Assembly: GCA_021613535.1 (NCBI GenBank) | Contig: CP075493.1 | Location: 13,082,001 to 13,146,000 of the forward strand | DNA length: 64,000 bases | Direction: 5' to 3' | From: Adineta vaga | Taxonomy: Eukaryota > Animalia > Rotifera | In this document: in pieces, positions 26,802 to 38,684 of the stretch | How positions within the stretch are numbered: position 1 is the first letter of the stretch | Layout: each line of letters starts with the position of its first letter | The notes under the pieces: model-generated | Database searches by the model: none | Seen by the model: only the letters and a program-made list of their open reading frames with translations | Told to the model about the DNA's origin: nothing | Made by a program: the position numbers and the translations under genes

Positions 26802-28593
26802 TTAAAGTGGCGTATAACGGTCACATTTCTTATCAAAATGATGTGCTCCGTTAATAAGTTCAACGCACGAAAAACAATATTGTTTCAAACATCCATTACA
26901 TACAATCCAGTTATCTTCGCCTATTTTAACATTAAGTTTTTCACATGAAGTGTTGGGGCATGGTCTGACTCGTTTGACGACAGCAGCTCCAAGAAATGAT
27001 CGATTATTAATTACGATTTTCGAATCTTGTTCATTTTCGTCTTCATTCAATTGTTCAGATGTTTTTACTGAAAGAGAACAATATTTCGTTTAGTTTTGAA
27101 AATAAAACATTCAAACCTATATCGAACTTCTTAATCAAGTCTTCTTTAATATGTTGAACTGAGTCAGCCGTAGCAGAATGATATAACAGTGAGGTAATCT
27201 GAGGATCTTGAGATCCTTCTGCTCCAGACCAAGTAAAATCGTAATCGCATCGTGAACAATGCATATGTGAACAACCACCATTTTTTTCAATTCTCACATG
27301 ACAATTTGGACATGGCTGAGTATTCAAAGCTTCCAATCGTTCAGCATTCAATATTTTTTCTAATAAAGTATCTTCTTCCAATAAATTAATAACGACTTCA
27401 CGGTATGGTTTTCTCTTGAGATCAATTTTAGCTGCATTTTCTATTTGTTTCTCGATTTTAGCTTGTTCTGCAAGAGCTTTCTCTTGGTGCTTGGCATATT
27501 TCTTCTGATTTTTTTCTTGTTGTTTTCGAAGTTCTTCATCTTTTTCTTCTTGTTGTTTTCGAATTCTTTCACGTTCTTTTTCTTGTTGTAATCTCAGTTG
27601 TACAACTGCATAATCTTTCGGACACATTGCTTGAAAATGAAATAGGTCTTTACATTTTTTACAAAATGTAAAACGACATGAGTCACATATGGCTAAATTA
27701 TCATCCTTATTTCCAAGTAGAACAGCAGATTGACATCTAAATAAACCAAAGCTTTAAACGATTCTTGAGAATGTTTAAGTTTGGAACACTAACCTTGGAC
27801 ACCAAAGAATATCATTCATTAATTCTAAAGCATATTGTAATGTTAATCGTTCATATCTTTCATATAAATGATCATCTTGAAGAATTTGTTTGATTTCATT
27901 TGGAAGTAAAGCTTTTTTACATTGATTTTGTGGACAAAGAACTTGCTCACCAAATCGACCGTTATTAAATGTCATTTGAGTGTAATTATTTAAACATGCT
28001 CGACAATAAAAATGTCCACAACGATATAGACGAATGCAATCACTTCCTGGAATCTCATCTGTACATATTAAACAAGTATGAAGTCGATTTTGAAATTGTT
28101 TTTCTTCTTCTTCTTTATTATAATTTATTAAATGTTGATAAATTTGATCAAGATTCTCAAATAAATAACCATTTAATGCTCGTGGATCATTGATTTGTTC
28201 ATTGATATTAGTGTCAAGTATAAGTTTATTTGTAATTTCATGTTTAATCAATTCAATCCAATCATAAACACAAACTTCACCTTGAGAAAATGAATAATTA
28301 TCAATTTTCTTACAAAGATTTTGTAAAGAAAATTTCGAAAAATAAAAACAAGAAAGAAGAAATGAAGGTGGATAATCACTTGGATATTCATTATGATAAT
28401 GAATAATCAAAGAAAATGGTGGTAAATGATCAATAATAGATGTTCTATTGTTACATTGAAGAACAAATGGTTGCATCAGATCAAAATCAATTAAGATTTC
28501 ATATTGATTATTATCATTAAGAAAACGAAATTTCGTTTCAAATATTGATTGTAATACCAAGATTTCGTCAGCTTGCTTTTCCAAGTTTGTCAT
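26802..28593 (-). CDS. RBR E3 ubiquitin ligase, RNF14-like (RWD, RING1, IBR, Rcat plus an extra Rcat-like domain), 3 exons
   Basis: RWD (QADEILVLQSIF, YPSDYPP), RING1 (CLIC...CGHFYCRAC...CP..C), IBR (WCPR|CQSAV...CDSCRFTFCKKC...H...C), Rcat (CPNC.VRIEKNGGCSHMHC..C). Confidence 0.85.
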
Positions 28594-29069
28594 TGATATT
28601 TGTTTTGTATAATCATGAAAATAAATGAAATATTAAAGAAAAAATGTGCTTTTTTTCTTCAGTCTTATGAAATTACAACGTATTGCACAATAATGTTATT
28701 ACCAAAGTCATAAAAGGAAGAAAGAAAAAAGATATTGACGAAACCGAATAATTCATCAAGTAAATTCTTATGATGGTGTTATATGATCATATAAACGATC
28801 CAAAATAACTATTTAAGATAAAAATAAAACTTGCACTTTTGAAAGGTTCATAATAAAAGTACAAATTGCAAAAATTAATTTTTTTGAGTAGTAGTACTCA
28901 TCTCCAAAATGTATTCTCTCGAGCAATTATATTCTTGTCTTCAGCGATATGATTTGATCAATAATAAGTTAATAACAATTTGATTTCTTTTTATAGATAA
29001 AGTTTAAAAGGAGAATGTATTTTGTAATTGTAAAAGAACGTTTCCAGAGTCTTCAGAGTATTTATCAAC

Positions 29070-30396
29070 ATGTCGTGTATCAACTATATCTCGTTTCATT
29101 TACTAATAATCTCATTTTTATTTCATGGGAATGAAAGTATCTATGAATCTCGAATAGAATTATCGGCAAATAGTTTTCAATTTCAGCCTGGATATTATTC
29201 AGGTCAAATTGTTTCAAAATTTGTTTACGAAAATAATCTCCTTCGATTATATTCAATCTTATGTACTCAAAATATTTTATGTCGAATATTTGATATAAAT
29301 GGTCTTGTGTCAAATGAATGTCGATTATTTCAAAGGTGATATTACTATACATGGAAATATCATCATATCATCTAATAGTAATGCACGAGTTGTTAATTGC
29401 AAAGAATATTTCACTTATTGCACAAAATTGGTCTAGTGAAAATACTTTTGCGATGCCATGGAGTGCAGCTATTCATCCTAATCAAAAAAGTTATATATTA
29501 GTGATAATACGAATCATTATGTCATAAAAATAGTTAATATGCAAGTTATATCTCCATTATCGAGTGTTGTTGCTGGTGTGAAAAGCAGCAGTAGAACGGG
29601 AACCAATAGATTAAATTATCCGGCTGGAATAACAGTTGATAGTAACGACAATATGTGTATTGTTGATTCAAATAATCATCGTATCTAGGGGGCTGCGGGT
29701 CCACATTTTTCTGGACCCGGACCCGGACCCGTACCCGTAAAAAGTAAAAATATTGGACCCGGGTCCAACCCAGACCCGGTGAGGCTCAGACCCGGATTCG
29801 ATCCAGACCCGATGGGATCAGACCCAGACCCGGCCGGGTCTAAACCCGGTTTTTTTTGCACTCTACAGCAGCCTGTGCGTGTAAGTGATGTAAAGCATCG
29901 AAGTCGTAGCTAGTTTTCATTGGTTACCAGGAGAGGAAGATCTGTTCAAAAATCTTGTTGTTCATTCATATTATATCAATAATCATTATCAATCGAGCTG
30001 ACGCTTGAAAAACTAAATTTTTTTTATCAAATTTAAAGAAATCCGCAGGAAGTTGCGGGTCCGTTTTTCTAACTGAGACCCAGACCCGGTCCCAGACCCG
30101 AAGAAAAAGAAATTATTAAACCCGGACCCGGACCCAGACCCGAAAATGAAAAAATTATTAGACCCGGACCCGAGCCCAGACCCGGTCGGGTCCGGGTCCA
30201 CTTGCAGCGCCCTAATCGTATCATATGTTGGCCTCCTAATAGTACTTTTGGAAATGTTATAGGTGGTTTAGGTACATCGAATTTTGATTCGTTTTCACTT
30301 AATAAACCGTATGGATTATTTTTGGATGAAAACAATTCATATATTTATGTGAGTGATACGTATAATCATCGAATTCAACGATTTCAAATTATTTGA
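29070..30396 (+). pseudogene. Secreted PAN/NHL-repeat gene disrupted by frameshifts and a MITE
   Basis: Signal peptide and PAN-like Cys; frameshift near 29335; NHL repeats LNYPAGITVDSNDN..IVDSNNHRI|ICWPPNSTFG...IYVSDTYNHRIQRF rejoin in frame once the insertion is removed. Confidence 0.75.
29686..30214. mobile_element. Non-autonomous hAT-like DNA transposon (MITE), 529 bp
   Basis: 8-bp TSD ATCGTATC at 29678-29685 and 30215-30222; TIR TAGGGGGCTGC versus TAGGGCGCTGC (reverse complement of right end, 10/11); dense subterminal GACCCG/GACCCA hexamers; no coding capacity. Confidence 0.9.
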
Positions 30397-30762
30397 AAAT
30401 GACTTTACTATATTCTCTCATTTGCCTGGATCAAAAATTATTTTAAAAAGAATCAAATAATGTTCTTACAGCTTCAAGATAAAGTATACAAAATTTTTCT
30501 TGCTAACATTGCGATGTTATAACACGAACATTATTTACGTATATTTATAATTTGTTTGTATTTTAATTTTTTTCTATCGAATGAATGGGAAAGAAAAAAA
30601 AAAGATTCCCATCAAATGGGAACAGTTTCAAAAAATATCTCTGTTATTTCATTGACGTCAGATAATATTTAAACGAAAATAACATAATTGAGAAAGAATG
30701 ACGTGAAATGCAAGAAGATAAGACAGATCTAATCCATGTTAGACCTTTAATAGAATGTGGTG

Positions 30763-30769
30763 TATAAAA
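30763..30769 (+). promoter_or_regulatory. Candidate TATA box of the DUF2059-like gene
   Basis: TATAAAA ~60 nt upstream of the ATG and retained in copy 2; weak evidence in AT-rich DNA. Confidence 0.35.
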
Positions 30770-30827
30770 ATCGAATGCATTTTACAAAAGAATATTCATT
30801 TTATTATTCACTTTTAACAAAATCAAA

Positions 30828-31307
30828 ATGTTTATTCGTTTATACTTGATCACGATGGGTATTGCTTTATTTATGGCAACTGATGGCAAACCAATACAAA
30901 ATCAAAGATTGACTCAACGTATCAATACTTTACTTGATTTAATTAAAGTTGAAAAAAGTTTCGAAGAAATTCCAAAAATGATGGCCAAGTATATTCGTTC
31001 AACGGTGACAGAGAAATCTCTAATATTAACGGCGATTGAAGAGTTTTTCTCATTCAAATCATTACGTCCTCAAATTGTTGAGCTCTATCGTGAAGTTTAT
31101 ACACCATCGGAAATAAATGCAATGATCAAATTTTATTCAACACCATTAGGAAAATCAGTGGCTGATAAAGACATAAAACTTGACCAAGGTTATGATCGTA
31201 TTTTAGAAGAACGATTCAAAGAACAGCAGCCACAAATAGAAGCATGGTTCAGTGAACAACGAGATGCGATGGAAACACCAAATATATACGATGAAGATAA
31301 AAATTAA
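30828..31307 (+). CDS. Secreted DUF2059-like protein, copy 1, intronless
   Basis: Signal peptide; IVELYREVYTPSEINAMIKFYSTPLGKSV matches the DUF2059 consensus Y...FT..EL.....FY.SPLG. Confidence 0.85.
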   Translation: MFIRLYLITMGIALFMATDGKPIQNQRLTQRINTLLDLIKVEKSFEEIPKMMAKYIRSTVTEKSLILTAIEEFFSFKSLRPQIVELYREVYTPSEINAMIKFYSTPLGKSVADKDIKLDQGYDRILEERFKEQQPQIEAWFSEQRDAMETPNIYDEDKN

Positions 31308-32119
31308 TACATGGCTCGATTGAAATACTTGAAGCAGATTTTCTCATCTTCCATTTGATCGAATAATCGAGATTTTTCTTTAAAATTTTTGAAATCTTAA
31401 TCCAATAAATTAATCATGAAACATGATAACATCTAAGTTATCTTTTCAAGAAGGAAATTTCATTCTCATTTACATAGACAAAGTTGCATACCTTGAGAAC
31501 GGCAAAGGTAGAATATTGTCAGCTATATTTTATTGACGTCATACAGAAATACAATCAATCTTTACTTAACGACACAATGTCTAATCATTTTTATTTAAAT
31601 TCGTTTTATTAACTCTGGATAGAAAAGGGAAATGATTTACTTGGTATGTACATCTTATCTGTTGTACGCATGTTTACAAAGAAAACGCTAATCTCACGTA
31701 AAATCTATTACATTAACGAACAAATTTTTCTTTTACTAACACAGTTACACATCTGTGATGAGTTTGAAATTGACTTGAACATGAGAAGAAGGAGGAGTAT
31801 TCTCATGATCTATTTCGATAATATTTCTTTCAGCAAAATACATGGATGACACCGAGTTGATATGATAGTTTCTGCTTGATTTTCTCATTCATATTTGTTC
31901 TCAGCTGTTAGAGGATGATACACGTCATCCTCTTTAGTTAGTTACATGACTTTTCTTTCGTTCTTCACATATGTTATATATGCTTTTTTTTCTGTTCTGC
32001 ACATATCATATGTTCCATGTTGTCTGTTCTCTTCACCTATGCTTCTACATTTCATCATCTTTCGTTACCTCGACATATTCAATCATGTTTCATCATCTCG
32101 TTACCTCGATGTATTCACT

Positions 32120-32212
32120 TGATTTCATCATTTAGTTGATTGTTCACTGATATCTTCTCGTGATTTCATCATTTAGTTGATTGTTCACTGATATCTTCTC
32201 GTGATTTCATCA
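32120..32212 (+). repeat. 41-bp tandem duplication present only in duplication copy 1
   Basis: TGATTTCATCATTTAGTTGATTGTTCACTGATATCTTCTCG twice here, once in copy 2. Confidence 0.9.
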
Positions 32213-32664
32213 TCCACTGCATTGTTCTAGTCTTTCCCTCTTTGTGTTATCATCGATCCCTCGATCTCTCGCTCATTGTGTTCACTTGCTATAAATACTG
32301 CGTGATTTTTAGCAATAAACATTCATTCATTCATCTATCAGTCTCATTTGCTCTTCGAGCGACCCGCTCACATCAGCATAAGAGAATGATTCTGATCTTG
32401 AGCATAATACATAGCAAAAAAAGAAGATACACTAAATTGGAAAAGAGAACAAGATAAAAAAAAGATTTTCTCAAACGATAAATACTCAAACATTTCCCTA
32501 GGAATTATACTGAGTGAGGTCATAATCCCATTACCCGCGGTATCCATAAAAAAGCAACCAACTGACCACGTTACCCTATGCGGTATCCACTTCTCATAGT
32601 TCACTATTGCCTCTACAGCAGTAAGAAGCGTACCAACTATACTATGCATATCGTTACCCCAATA

Positions 32665-32895
32665 TCTGACTATATCCTGAAAGCTGAGGAATGTGAGTTG
32701 ACTTGGTGTATCCATCTTGATACTCAGTGTCTGAGTATATCCTGAAAGCAGAGGAATATGAGTTGATTTGGTGTATCCATCTCGATACTCAGTGTCTGAC
32801 TATATCCAAAAAGCTGAGGAATGTGAGTTGATTTGGTGTATCCATCATGGTACCCGGTATCTGACTATACTCTGAAAGTTGAGGAATATGTTTTG
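32665..32895 (+). repeat. 65-bp subterminal tandem repeat (~3.5 copies)
   Basis: Units start at 32665, 32730, 32795 and 32860; core GAGGAATRTGAGTTGAYTTGGTGTATCCATC. Confidence 0.9.
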
Positions 32896-33145
32896 ATTTC
32901 ATTCAAACAACTCTTACGACACTAACTTTTTTCTTTTAGTGACTTTTAATCTGTCCTGATAGTTAGGAGCAACTGTGTGTTGTAAAATGCACTTATGAAT
33001 CAGATAGTAGCGATAAATTTTTTTCCGGGCGTAGTTTCATATGACACTTTAGTGCCTTCGTGTGGGTTGGCGAAGACGAAATGATATTTGTTATTCAGTA
33101 GTCGATTGGTAAAAGATCTGTGTGATTTCAGTGCAGTTTCGGTTA

Positions 33146-33410
33146 CCGAGCACCCTCACTTGTTGCTTTGCCCACCGATCCCGCTTTCCGAGCACCCTCA
33201 CTTGTTGCTTTGCCCACCGATCCCGCTTTCCGAGCACCCTCACTTGTTGCTTTGCCCACCGATCCCGCTTTCCGAGCACCCTCACTTGTTGCTTTGCCCA
33301 CCGATCCCGCTTTCCGAGCACCCTCACTTGTTGCTTTGCCCACCGATCCCGCTTTCCGAGCACCCTCACTTGTTGCTTTGCCCACCGATCCCGCTTTCCG
33401 AGCACCCTCA
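33146..33410 (+). repeat. Perfect 42-bp GC-rich minisatellite (6 copies plus 13 nt)
   Basis: CCGAGCACCCTCACTTGTTGCTTTGCCCACCGATCCCGCTTT repeated without mismatch and without spacers. Confidence 0.95.
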
Positions 33411-33539
33411 AATATTTGCTATTCAGTTAGTTTCTCATGTTTTAGATTAGTTTATATGAATTTTCGGTTAGATGGTAGACATGGAAAAGTTTGATTTATT
33501 GTACAAAAGATATGAGAGAGAAAGGCAGATTGTGAGTAG

Positions 33540-35594
33540 CTATGAGGTTCGATAGTCGTATACAGAAATGTTTTTTTTCTTACAATTCATGAAATTAAAC
33601 AATAAAAGATAAAAGATTTTACTTTTTGGAAAAGAGAAGGATGACAATGCATTTTGGTATTTCTTTAATTTAGAATTTGTTTGTTCACAGACAACAGTGT
33701 TTATTTGATTGATATCGGAATATTTGTATGGATTGGTTTGTGCCTGGCACATTGGTCTTGTATGATTGCAAATGTGAAATTTATCAACCAAGAAAGTCAT
33801 TTTGTTTCTATTAATAGAAGTGCATGGATATACATGGATCGAATAAGTAATATACACTTACAATACATCAGTACGCGTTGTTCGATGTATTTGACCATGT
33901 TCAAGACGATGTCGAAATGTAAGTAGCAAACCACATGCATTATCATATATCAAATACTTAGGTAATGGACTACAGAGAAAGAGTTTTGTGTAGGGCTTAT
34001 ATGAATTCTATATACGCAATTAATACTTACACTGATGATGATACGCAATCGATTGTTGTAAATAAACGATGGAGTACTCGTGTAGGTGATTCAGATCTAT
34101 ATAATTCGTTGAAATTCACAATGATACCACAGTTGTACATAGTATGTACTACCCCATAAGATGTTTGACGAGTATAATAACGATCCGTTCTATTTCAGAA
34201 CAAAAATGATTAATTCATATTTTTTATATTCGTGATTACCTTGAAACATTACAATCCCCAACATTATAATCATCTTTGTCCGTCGAACAACGTACTGATT
34301 GAGTATACTCAAGATCAATGTGTTTGGGGCAATACTTTGTGTTCTTCCAGTAGCCTGGATTTTGTTTATCTGGAATCATTTCAGGACGAAAACCACAACC
34401 CCATTCAATATCACCTAAAATTGGCGTCAGAAAAACTTGATAGTTATTTGAAAAAACTCTCACCTAGCTCTTCCGAATGAATGAGTTCCTGCATAAAACC
34501 GCAAATAAAACGATTAGGTTTTTGGAATCCATCGATAACAATGGCTTTGCAACACTGACTATCACATTCAAATTTTAACATGTGACTTGACCAATATACA
34601 ATAAAATCACGTTCTAATTGAGGCAATTGAGAAGCAAAAAAAAGATTACGTTCATCATGATTGCTTATATGATATGGAATGTCAATTTCTGTACTTGTTG
34701 ACAGGAAGAATTTTAATATTGATGTTGAATAAATTAACCAGATGTTTTCAAATAACCGACGTTCCAAAACTGGTGGATCTTTCATTTTAAGATCATTATC
34801 ACGAGCATGTTGCAATAACACTGACGTTATTGTATCGTTATAAGCCCCACAAAAATTTTCGAAGCCGGCGTACTAAAATAAAGTTCTATAGTAAAAAGAT
34901 TTCGAAAAGATGTCAGGAAGATTTGTTCGAGTTCAGAATGAATATTCATATATGATATACAAAGTTAATTATAATATCTTTAACCTACCATATTGATCAA
35001 GTCTGACACATATCGTAATAGAACATCAATATAAAGAACGCATTTACCACCGAAATAAATATACTTTTGATTGTATAAAGATTGGCGATTAACATAACGT
35101 TTTGAACCTTTGATGTAACTATTTGTATGATATTCAATATGACAGCAACGAGCAATGAAAATAACTCCATTATCGATATGATCCATAAGAAAAACGTTAA
35201 CTTTCTCTTTAAACTGTAATTTCAATGGTAGATGACAATGTAAACACGATAATGTAAATGGTTTTATAGTATGTAATGATGCCATTGTAAGAAAATGATG
35301 ATCTTCGGAGTAATTATTGATGATCTTATCGACGTTGTGTGATGAAAATAGATTTAACGAGGTGTTATCTGATTTTAATAAATTCAAAATAGATTGTATC
35401 ATTATGCCATCATATTTGACACCATACGTCAATTGAACCATATTCGATATATCATCGTATTTCTTTGAAATAAGTTCATCCAATTTACAATCCAGAAAAT
35501 ACATTAGATTTAAATGCTGCAGTGGTATTCGTCAATTTAATGAAATAAGAAACATTTCTTTATCATTGATATTAATATCATTATTAGAATTCAT
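33540..35594 (-). CDS. KDZ-family transposase with CxC5/CxC6-like cysteine clusters, 6 exons, one in-frame TGA at codon 21
   Basis: Spliced reading: CLHC...CCHIEYH; FENFCGAYN; LERRLFENIW; CCKAIVIDGFQK; WGC...YCPKH; YNCGIIVNFNELYRSES; YLIYDNACGL; LVDKFHICNH...C...NP...INTVVCEQTNS. These are the D, D, H and E motifs of KDZ transposases. ATG 35594 is in frame with 35504 across TGA 35532-35534. Confidence 0.85.
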
Positions 35595-36059
35595 CTGAAA
35601 ATAAAAAGAAAAGATAATTAGTGTAACATCTTCAATCCAATGAATAAATGTTGTTGTAACGAACTTGAGATGAGAAGGGCTGTGAGATAATGATAGGCGA
35701 TGTATCTGGTGTCTTTACGTAGCAAGCTGCTTTTCATTTACAAGATGAACGCTTTTATAGAAAACAGTAAACAATGAATATCAGTCAAGTATAGCGGTCA
35801 CGCTAGCATGGACGCGTTACAGGTCAACAGAGAGGCCAAATGATAGGTGATAGTGATATATCCCTTTACACTTGTGACTAGTGGAATTTCTGTGAAAAAA
35901 GCTTGATAAACGAATATTAATTTGTAGCTCTTTTATTGATGAACAATATGCAGTTAACAAATAAAAATCGTTAGACAAAACACACAGATAATCACACAAA
36001 TACAAAACAATCGTCACTTTCTATTGTCAAAACAAATGAGAAAGTAATAGGTAAATCGG

Positions 36060-38545
36060 TCAATGCACTAGTTCGATCTTCGAAAATTGTTAAACATTAT
36101 TCTTTTTCTTTTTTGATTTAGATCGTTCTTCATTATATGTTTTTCCTTTTCCAGTTAATTCACGACGTCGTTTTGGACTAGAAACTTCATGATCAAGGTT
36201 GTGCCCAACATCTGTTGACTCATCGGTAACTTCACATGTCACTAGAAATAAAGATACATCATATTAATGGCTATGGGAAACATGTATGTACTTACTATTC
36301 TCTTTATTACCATCCTGAGTGACAACAGACGCATCTGTTAGTTTACGATATCGTTCTTTTGATGGTTGTACAATGGCATCTTTATTCACAATTATTTTGA
36401 AATCATTGTATGGTTTTTGTTCCAAGATTGACACTCCATAAGGTGATAAATAGGTAGTATTTCTAGTATCAACTAAAAATTAAAATATGATTAATTATAC
36501 GAAATATCGATCGTTTCAGTCGCACTTACTCGTTTTCAAGGTATCGTAATACATGTTTATATCGTAAATTCCAAATTTGGTCAATGTAATAGAAAACTCG
36601 ACTGATGCTGATTTGTTTTGTGGAATGTTTTTCAAATAACATTCATGATACGAAGACTTGTTTGCTAACATTTTGTTTTCTTTGATTAATAATTTATAGT
36701 CGATCAATAATTGACATGCCTTATGGACGTCAACCATATTTGTTTTACATGTTTTATTTAATTTAGTGCTTGATAAAACAATCGAATCGGATAATAAAAT
36801 CTTTTTGCATAATATCTTCATATCTTCTGGAATTAATATATCAGATGATGGTGCACATGTTGTCGAAATTACAGATGAAGAAACTATATGATATATAAAA
36901 GTTATATATATTATGCAATGTTCGTGCGTTTTACTTGTTATATTTTGACATTGAATTGAATCAATTATTTGTTCATCATTTGTATTGGTCGAATCAATTA
37001 CTTGTTCAATAACATCAGATAAACAATTTTCAATTACACTTCGAAGAAGCATATTATCACTGAGTGTGGTTGAGTTATTTTCGATTGAAAATTCTAAACA
37101 CAACTGTAAGATATTAGATGCATAAAATGCTGAATATCTTACCGGCATTATCTTCAATCATTGATGGAATATTGATATCTTGAATGATATCAATCGATTC
37201 ACTTGTTATATTATAATCAATTAAATCAGCAACATCTTGAACAACATCTAAATTGATGCAAATGAAAACAAATAAATCATATACGTTTGAGATGCAATCA
37301 TTACTTGTGCATGATGTTGTTTGTTGAATTTGTGGTTAAATAGAAAATGAATCAGTAGTTGATTCTAAATGGAAAAAAATTGCTTAGTTTCAATAACTTT
37401 TACGTTCTATTTCGAACTATTAATTTAGCGACCCGATGTTTTTCTTAAAAGACAATAAGTGTAGATAAAAAAGTCATCTTCAAAAGCAAAACTTATTCAA
37501 GCTTCGAAATAATTAAGTTCTACATTGATCGAAGTAAAATACTATGGATGAGAAAGACGTATACTTTTCGACATGTATTCTGTAACTTTTATCAAATCTC
37601 GAAAGTAATCGTTGAAGAAGATATCTTACCTAAACTTTTTTTTAGAATAGAAGGACTATGAATTTTTTGTTGTATCTTTTCAATCCATGATCGTTGTGTT
37701 GTTAATATATTGTAACCGGTTTCATTTAATAATGATTTATTATCAACACCATGTTTGTAATAATCAAGATATTTTTGTAAGCTAAGTTGATATTCGGAAT
37801 TTAATTTTTTTCGAAAATCTTCAATTTGTTCGTCAGCTGTTGGCTCAGGTAGAATTTTAATCCAACTCTCAATTAATCGAAAAGAACTTTTGACGAATTT
37901 TCCATGTTTAAGAAAACTTTTTTTTTCCAAATTTGCGAGTAATCGTTTTACATCGATGCGATCACGTTTATGATCTCTGAAAAAAATTCGCAATTTTAAA
38001 TTTAATTGTTAAAAATAATATTCTTACTATGAAAAATGCTTCCATACGTTAAATCGCTGATCGAGAAGCAATTAATCGGATATTGAATAATTTTCAATTC
38101 GTTTAATACGTTTTTTTTTGTTATCAATCGAATCGGTACAAAATAATTGAATTGATTGCGGTAATAACAATTTGTGGAAAAAACTAACAGCAATTTTAGC
38201 AGCCGACAATCCAACTTTCATAGATTGAGATGGTTGTTTGTCCACACTAGATATTTGTACTTCATTTAACTCTTTCAAATCAACACCTTCAGGATAAGAT
38301 AATTTGTTTTCGACTTGATTGCGAATAAGAAAAAGTTCAAAACTATATTTCTGAGCAGAGATTCTGTTTTTCATGAACATAAATGATTGGGATAAAATCT
38401 GGATCTATTTATTGTCCTAGATATGAGATATTTACTCAAATAAAACTCTAAATGTTGCATTTATTGTGAATGTAAAAACATTACGATGCTGAATTTGAAC
38501 TAAATTGTTTTTCTAATAGACAATTAATTTCTGTCTTCGCTTCAT
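36060..38545 (-). CDS. Transposon-internal gene of unknown function with two related helical modules; frameshifted, boundaries uncertain
   Basis: ORFs 38072-38380, 38002-38214, 37592-37993 and 36516-37157 plus small exons with GT-AG signals; basic C-terminal motif SPKRRRE; apparent frameshift at a T-run near 38111-38119. Confidence 0.5.
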
Positions 38546-38684
38546 CATTCAACTCACGAACATATATTCACTCTTTCGCTACTTTTTTGAGTTGATTACG
38601 TATCACTCAACAGCTTATATAAACCACTTATATTTTATACTCCTCTATTATCAATAAGAGAACATACGCATATAATTTTCCTTT

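Larger units (their letters stand above)
30572..32509 (+). repeat. Direct segmental duplication, copy 1 (~1.94 kb)
   Basis: Near-identical to 41764-43662; offset 11192 at the 5' end and 11153 at the 3' end. Confidence 0.95.

Noticed and set aside
30013-30335. Gly/Ser/Pro-rich ORFs
   Set aside because: Translations of the MITE's GACCCG hexamers.
31646-32457. Small ORFs conserved in both duplication copies
   Set aside because: Similarity reflects the recent duplication; no motifs, and indels between copies ignore frame.
32665-32895. CRISPR-like repeat/spacer pattern
   Set aside because: The whole 65-bp unit is repeated; the variable parts are homologous to each other, not unique spacers.
33146-33410. 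CRISPR array or repeat-protein ORFs (33088-33494, several frames)
   Set aside because: Units are contiguous with no spacers, there are no cas genes, and the context is eukaryotic. The ORFs arise because the 42-bp unit lacks stops in most frames.
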